Positions 54,695 to 61,188 of a stretch of 61,188 nucleotides of DNA are shown piece by piece; the stretch's first letter is position 1; every line of letters begins with the position of its first letter. The notes below the pieces were generated by a model that was given only the letters and a program-made list of their open reading frames with translations, had not been told where the DNA came from and made no database searches. This stretch comes from Octopus sinensis (lineage: Eukaryota). Both the position numbers and the translations under genes were made by a program. The stretch spans positions 1 to 61,188 of the forward strand of contig NW_021832566.1 in NCBI RefSeq assembly GCF_006345805.1, read 5' to 3'.

Positions 54695-54964
54695 ACAAAC
54701 ACACACACACACACATGTACACACATGCGCGCACACACACACACACACACACATATATAGACACGCACGCAAACACACGTAAACATGTACGCATACACAC
54801 ACGTATACATGCACGCGTGTATACATAACACACATTAATGTTTAATTGAGGATAACATTTTAAAGCAAGTTTGAGAATAAGAAAGGAACTTTTAATGATG
54901 CGTTGGACGGGGAGAATTATTACAGAGAGTAAATTCAAATTTATTTTGATATGGAGCTAACAAT

Positions 54965-55002
<38 letters not shown>

Positions 55003-55391
55003 ACACACACACACACAAACAAACACACACACAAACACACACATTCATAAATATAGGTGTATACACAAGACATTAAAAATACGAATGAAGAATTGTAGTG
55101 TCAGAAGCTTGTTTATTTAAAGTAATACTCTTTTACTCTTTTACTTGTTTCAGTCATTTGACTGCGGCCATGCTGGAGCACCGCCTTTAGTCGAGCAAAT
55201 CGAACCCAGGACTTCTTATTCTTTGTAAGCCTATTACTTATTCTATCGATCTCTTTTCTCGAACCGCTAAGTTACGGGGACGTAAACACACCAGCATCGG
55301 TTGGCAAGCGATGTTGGGGGGACAAACACAGACACACAAACATATACACACACATACATACATTCACACACACACACACACATACACATAC

Positions 55392-55426
<35 letters not shown>

Positions 55427-55440
55427 CACACACACACACA
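53983..55440. repeat. Near-identical ~730-bp tandem duplication; each unit carries a minus-strand family Z SINE 3' half
   Basis: Units start at ~53983 and ~54714. Differences in the unique parts are single-base indels. Confidence 0.9.
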
Positions 55441-55509
55441 TATATATATATATAGACATACATATATTCGACGGGCTTCTTTCAGTTTCCGTCTACCAAA
55501 TCCACTCGG

Positions 55510-56270
55510 TCCAAAGGTAAGAATTTTTGGGGTCTAGTGGAGACCTGTTGTATGTCGCAAATTATTTTTACAAGCAAGAAGTCCTCACTAGACTCTAGTC
55601 TCCCTGAGGCTGAGTGAAAATATTATTTACTTAATTGTGAAAATTATTGGTTTGGTGGGTGTATCCTGCCAAAATATTTGTTTGAAAATAGTGTTGTTCC
55701 TGTTAAGGAGTTCCTAGAAGAAAATTGGAATGATTTTTTAACTGTTTTACAATTGTGTTAAATTTTGGCCTGGAGTACCAAGTGGCCTTTTGCTGTGGTT
55801 TGAACTGTTGCTCTCTCTTCTTCTATCTTTGATTTAAAAAAAAAAACTTTATTGAACTGTTAATTTTTTTCTCTCATTCCTTTTGTTTGGACTTTGTTTC
55901 CTCTTCCTTCTTTTTCTTTAATTATTTTATATTTTAACGACTGTATTTTTGGACTCTTAAGAAGCATGGCAAATAACAATGAAAAGTTAGTGGAGTGGGA
56001 AATTACACCACCCAAAAAATGGTTAAAAGAACTTGAAAGTAAGATGGTGGTTTTGAGGACCTACTCTAGGACCCTGGACGCCATTGCCGTTTTCAGAAAG
56101 GATATAATGGAAAGAGAGCTGGCAGAATTTAAGCCAACGATTAAGTTTATTACTCGTGGTGTCAAATACACAACCGTGTGGTTGCTGTTTGACTCCCCAG
56201 AAGTAGCCTGTGAATTTGCAAGTCAGCCCCTGGAGGGTAATGAAATTTTGTTTCTTCCCACTTTCACCCT
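55510..56270 (+). pseudogene. Probable Tx1/L1-like 5' UTR and ORF1 N-terminus (ATG at 55966), 3'-truncated
   Basis: Open frame MANNNEKLVEWEI...FITRGVKYTTVWLLFDSPEVACEFASQPL has an RRM-like alternating pattern. It ends at a SINE-core junction. Confidence 0.45.
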
Positions 56271-57093
56271 TACGGAGTCAATTAAATAAGTACCAGTTAC
56301 GTACAGGGGTCTGTATTATAGTGCATTGTTGTATCAGGCAAAACTTTTAATTCTTTACAAACAATACACAATGCTTCAAACGAACTACAAAACTCTCTTA
56401 TGTATATATGTATGTATGTATGTACACACACATACACACACACACACACACATATAGGTATACATACATACATACATACATACATACATACATACATACA
56501 TACATACATACTATAATATATATATATATATATGTGCATGTAATTCAGAACGTAAAGGCAGACGACATGTCGCTAAGTATTTTATGCGACGCACTAGCGA
56601 TACCGGAATTAAAGAAAATCCCACTTCTACGCCAGTATATCACACCTTTTATTTTAACACATACATACCTTATATTCATATACTGACAGATACACGCATG
56701 CGCAGACACACACACGCAGCTACAATCGTAATTCTCTATCCTATATACTCAGATAAGCCATGCGTACATACATGATAATTAATTCAGCTTGTTAGTCGAT
56801 ACCTCCGTCATGTAGAAAATTTTGTTTATCACGGCATTAAGGCGGCAAATTGTGTCAAACCAGAGCTCGGTGACATGAAATAGTTTCAACTGTGGGTTAT
56901 GACATATCATATGACCTTGGAGTAGACCTCTGCAACTAGAGGACACTCACACACATCCGTAGGGTTTTGCGATAGTAATTTTCATTCTCCACAAACCTGG
57001 GTATTTCTAAGGTCCTACATACATACATACATACATACACAAACACGTATATATATATATATTCACACATATATCACCTTGTGTATGTATGTG

Positions 57094-57180
<87 letters not shown>

Positions 57181-57210
57181 GTATCTATCTATGCATATAT
57201 ATGTGTGTGT

Positions 57211-57520
57211 GGAGGTGCAATGGCCCAGTGGTTAGGGCAGCGAACTCGCGGTCGTAGGATCACGGTTTCGATTCCCAGACCGGGCGTTGTAAGTGTTTAT
57301 TGAGCGAAAACACTTGAAGCTCCACGAGGCTCCGGCAGCGGATGGTGGCGATCCCTGCTGTACTCTTTCGCCACAACTTTCTCTCGCTCTTTCTTCTGTT
57401 GGCCTGTTCGCTTAGCCAGCAGGGTGGCGTCATTTGAAGTCTAAAACAATGCGAAGCGCATTGTGATCAGCGATGTCTAGCAACATCTGATAACCTGGTC
57501 GGTCACGGTGGTCTCGGTGA
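57211..57520 (+). mobile_element. SINE (head X, tail D)
   Basis: Head and body match 50264-50440, followed by an unrelated tail. Confidence 0.8.
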
Positions 57521-57536
57521 TACACACACACACATA

Positions 57537-57940
57537 CAGGGTGTGTCCAGGATAAATTTAGCAGTTTAAATAAAAGGAAAAGAAAATACAATATCCTACC
57601 CAAAAGAAGAGTACTTTTAAAAAATCAAAGACTATTAACTAGATTACAACTGGGATTATTAAATGTAATCGCCCTCAGCTTCCACCACAGTTTCAGAACA
57701 GCTCTGCGTGCGTTCGTCACTGTATCCCTGAAAAGACCTTCGAACATCTCCTTGATCTTGGCCACCTGCTCGGCCTTGGTGTTGCAGGCAGAATGGTTGT
57801 TATCTTTCTCAACAGCTCAATGGCGCCCGACACGTAGTAATCCTCGGGATTTTAATCGGGGTAATTAAGAACCCAGAAATTGACTCTGTTCACGAGTAAG
57901 TCGTAGAAATTTTCTGGCAACCACTTCTGAACGGAGGACG
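57537..57940 (-). pseudogene. Second DD37D-like Tc1/mariner remnant, with a TIR
   Basis: KWLPENFYDL...NPEDYY and EKDNNHSACNTK motifs. TA + CAGGGTGTGTCC terminus at 57535. Confidence 0.7.
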
Positions 57941-58080
57941 TCAGTGAGTTTACACTACTTCGCCGTCGTAGCTTAGAAACATTGTGCCTTATACGTATAT
58001 TAGGTTCTAACAACTTGTTATGGGTCTTGCTATCACTAAACCGAACAGCAAAACATACAGACACACAGAGAAATTATATA

Positions 58081-58316
58081 CAGGGTGTTCAAAAAGTCTC
58101 CTCGCAGGGAATTTTTTTCATCCTGCGGAAATCAGCCTAGAAAGTGCTCACACGGCAAAAAAAAAAAAACGTTGAAAATGAAGGACGACATTTTCAACAC
58201 TTCTTATAAAGTTTTTAAAGTCTTGTAAAGTCTAATATATTCTTTTATATTTTTTTACCATTATATAAGTATTTATTTTGTAATACTTACTGCGGAGAGA
58301 CTTTTTGAACACTCTG
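58081..58316. mobile_element. Tc1/mariner-type MITE (236 bp)
   Basis: TIRs CAGGGTGTTCAAAAAGTCTC and GAGACTTTTTGAACACTCTG, with TA on both sides. Confidence 0.85.
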
Positions 58317-59107
58317 TATAAGTGTGTGAGACAGCTTGCGTGCCTGCCAGTGGTGACTCATAGATAAAATTAGTAGGGATGCTGCTTCAGAAAATTTTTA
58401 GCTGTTGTTTTAATATTATGTAAAAGGAAACAAACATATAAAAAGAATATTTATACATAAACTTGATCGGTTCATTGAACACCGCCGCGAATTCCCCCTT
58501 GTTTTTCAAAAATCCCCGCTAAATCACAAAATAAGGATGGAAAATCTGCCCTATTTTTCAAATTCTAACAGCAATACTGAAGCTAGAAGCAGGATAATAA
58601 TCTAATTCTACACTGTATGACATTCAAGAATATAAACACGTTTTTAAGCACACTGCACGCAGTCACAAAGAAACACTATCTTTCACCAGCACTCCCTAGC
58701 GTGAAGCTTCCTATCTCAGATATGTGAGCATGCGCACAACAGCCAAACACCAGTGAAGCGCACAGTTCTATACAAGGATTTTTGTATTTTTGTCACAAAA
58801 GGGGATGGCTACTGACATTAAGCATAAGGATTATATAATGTACTATTATAAAGAAAGAATTAAAGAAAAAAGGACTCATTATATTGAATGTTATCGATAA
58901 CATCGAGTAGAAATAGGGATTGCTGCAGTTCCGCAGTGGGTATATACGAGTCGCCACTGGTGCCTGCGTATATACACGCCTACACAACATACATACACAC
59001 ATACATACACTTATATATATATGTGTGTGTGTGTGTTTGTTAAGTAAAATGAGACAACAAAACGAAGGCTGTGTGGAATTTATAGGACATTTATAAAGAG
59101 AAAGTTA

Positions 59108-59155
59108 GTCTTACAGCTGTTTCTGAGATATTAAGGATATCCCTTCATCAGAGAC
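59108..59155 (-). ncRNA. Minimal type I hammerhead ribozyme-like motif
   Basis: GTCT-CTGATGA-A-GGGATA/TATCTC-A-GAAA-CAGCTG-TA-AGAC: canonical core with a palindromic stem III. Confidence 0.7.
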
Positions 59156-59889
59156 GATATGAGAGAGTTAACCAGAATGAAGTAGCAGAGAGGAATGTAC
59201 GCAGCACGTGTACTATGGGTAGCTTAAATAATGAAATTAAGAAGCAGGAGCGAAGTATGCCTGCCTTATCTACAAAAAATATAATATTTTGCATTTTATG
59301 CATAGTAATCAGAGTAATCTTCATAATTTTATTGAATTAGGTTCATGTTTTGCCATAAAAGGAAAATGTTGCCATCGATCTTTTTTTTATTCAAGGTAGG
59401 CATTGTCTGCCTTGCCTAGCTAGGCGGCACGTCCCTGATAGATAGATATCGCGAGAGTTCATACTTTACAATCACAGATAAGAGAGGAGAATTCGAGGAA
59501 TGCTTTACAACTGTTTCAAGGGTTCGGTGACCAGTGATTCCAGCATTTAAGTGGGCAATGTGTGTACATATACATGAAGTTAATTGCTGTTAGTGAATTT
59601 ATATGAAATAACGCAAATTTATATTACAGTACTAAGTACTCTATTATCGGAAGGAAATAACATTTTTATATAATTTAAATTTGTTTACTTTGAAGCAGAG
59701 AGGGTGAATTAATTCGTATGAGTGGGGGGGAGAGAGGAGGGGATAATTAGAACGAGAGAGGGAGAATTAGCGCGAGAGCGTGAAAGAAAGAGATTGTGAG
59801 TGTGTATATGTGTGTGTGAGAGAGAGAGAGAAAGAGAGGGAGAGAAAGTGAGAGAGAATAAAAAAGACCTAGAGGGAGGCAAAGGGCTA

Positions 59890-59904
59890 GGTAGATAGGT
59901 TGGT

Positions 59905-59935
<31 letters not shown>

Positions 59936-60060
59936 GGAGAAATGATGAATGAATGCATGAGATAGAGAGAGAGAGAGAAAGGGGAGAAATGATGAATGAA
60001 TGCATGAGAAAGAGAGAGAGAGAAAGGGGAGAGAGAATGAATGAATGCGTGAGGGAGAGA
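59890..60060. repeat. ~45-bp purine-rich minisatellite, about 4 copies
   Basis: GAGAGAAAGGGGAGA.ATGATGAATGAATGCATGAGA recurs. Confidence 0.8.
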
Positions 60061-60488
60061 GAGAGTTAAAGACAGAGGATTGGTAGACAAAGAGTGATTA
60101 AGAGAGAGGGAGAGAGAGAGAAAGAGAGAGAGAGAAAGAGAGAGAGAGAAAAGAATTCGTTTACATATGTAAATAGTTTTCTGTTATATTTACATAAAAA
60201 CATTTTTATTGGTTGCAATCATAGAGACCCATGCACATACACACACTTACTGATAAAAATTTGCAAACACATGCACACACTTACTCTCTCTCTCCCTCTC
60301 TCTCACACTCACACAGAGACACATACATATAGAGAGGAATGTTAGAACTCAAACATAATTTACCACAGTCTCTGCTCTACATACACATGCACACACACAC
60401 ATGCACACACACACACACATACACACATACACGTGTGTGTATTGTGTATATTGTTATATACATATCCATGTTTCCATATATATATATA

Positions 60489-60533
<45 letters not shown>

Positions 60534-60574
60534 ACACGTGTCTATCTGTCATCTATTTACCCATCAATCCATCC

Positions 60575-60632
<58 letters not shown>

Positions 60633-60643
60633 ATATCTATCTG

Positions 60644-60709
<66 letters not shown>

Positions 60710-60710
60710 C

Positions 60711-60759
<49 letters not shown>

Positions 60760-60832
60760 TTATCTTATCTATCTACGTATCTAGAGAGATATATGTATAT
60801 ATATATATATATGCATATATATATAATATATA

Positions 60833-60871
<39 letters not shown>

Positions 60872-61037
60872 TGCACATATACACACATACACACTCATGT
60901 ATATGTGTTCATGTATACAAGTTGTACTTGTTCGTATATTTTTGTCGGTCGTAATTAAAAAAAATTGTAGAATGTATATCCGGTCTGTACCAATCTGGAT
61001 AATGAATTAAAGTTTGACTACACCTACAATTTTTCCT

Positions 61038-61098
<61 letters not shown>

Positions 61099-61107
61099 TA
61101 TATATTT

Positions 61108-61188
61108 ACTCTTACTCTTTTACTCTTTTACTTGTTTCAGTCATTTGACTGCGGCCATGCTGGAGCACCGCCTTTAGTCGAGCAAATC
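61108..61188 (-). mobile_element. Family Z SINE 3' end, cut by the window edge
   Basis: (TTTTACTC)n + TTGTTTCAGTCATTTGACTGCGGCC. Confidence 0.85.

Overview
This is AT-rich, repeat-saturated animal DNA. The SINE families, (TAA)n-targeting R4/Dong LINEs and extreme microsatellite load point to a coleoid cephalopod such as Octopus (inference, not a database hit). I cannot support any complete host gene, rRNA, true tRNA or CRISPR array. Nearly all ORFs in the supplied track are translations of microsatellites. What the sequence does support: (1) a near full-length but frameshifted R4/Dong-clade RT-RLE retrotransposon at ~39.9-43.8 kb, inside a ~12 kb nest of mostly co-oriented R4/Dong fragments separated by (TAA)n tracts; (2) fragments of CR1-like, Tx1/L1-like, mariner, DD37D-like Tc1/mariner and Chapaev3-like elements, plus two MITEs and two Helitron-like elements; (3) many tRNA-derived SINEs whose heads and tails appear to be shuffled as modules; (4) about ten minimal hammerhead-ribozyme-like motifs in non-coding, often palindromic, Penelope-like repeats, some with canonical cores and some with family-conserved variant cores; (5) a 34-bp minisatellite that appears to derive from a SINE segment; (6) two unassigned candidate terminal exons on the minus strand near the window start. 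All coordinates were read by eye, and element boundaries are approximate unless a TSD or TIR is quoted.
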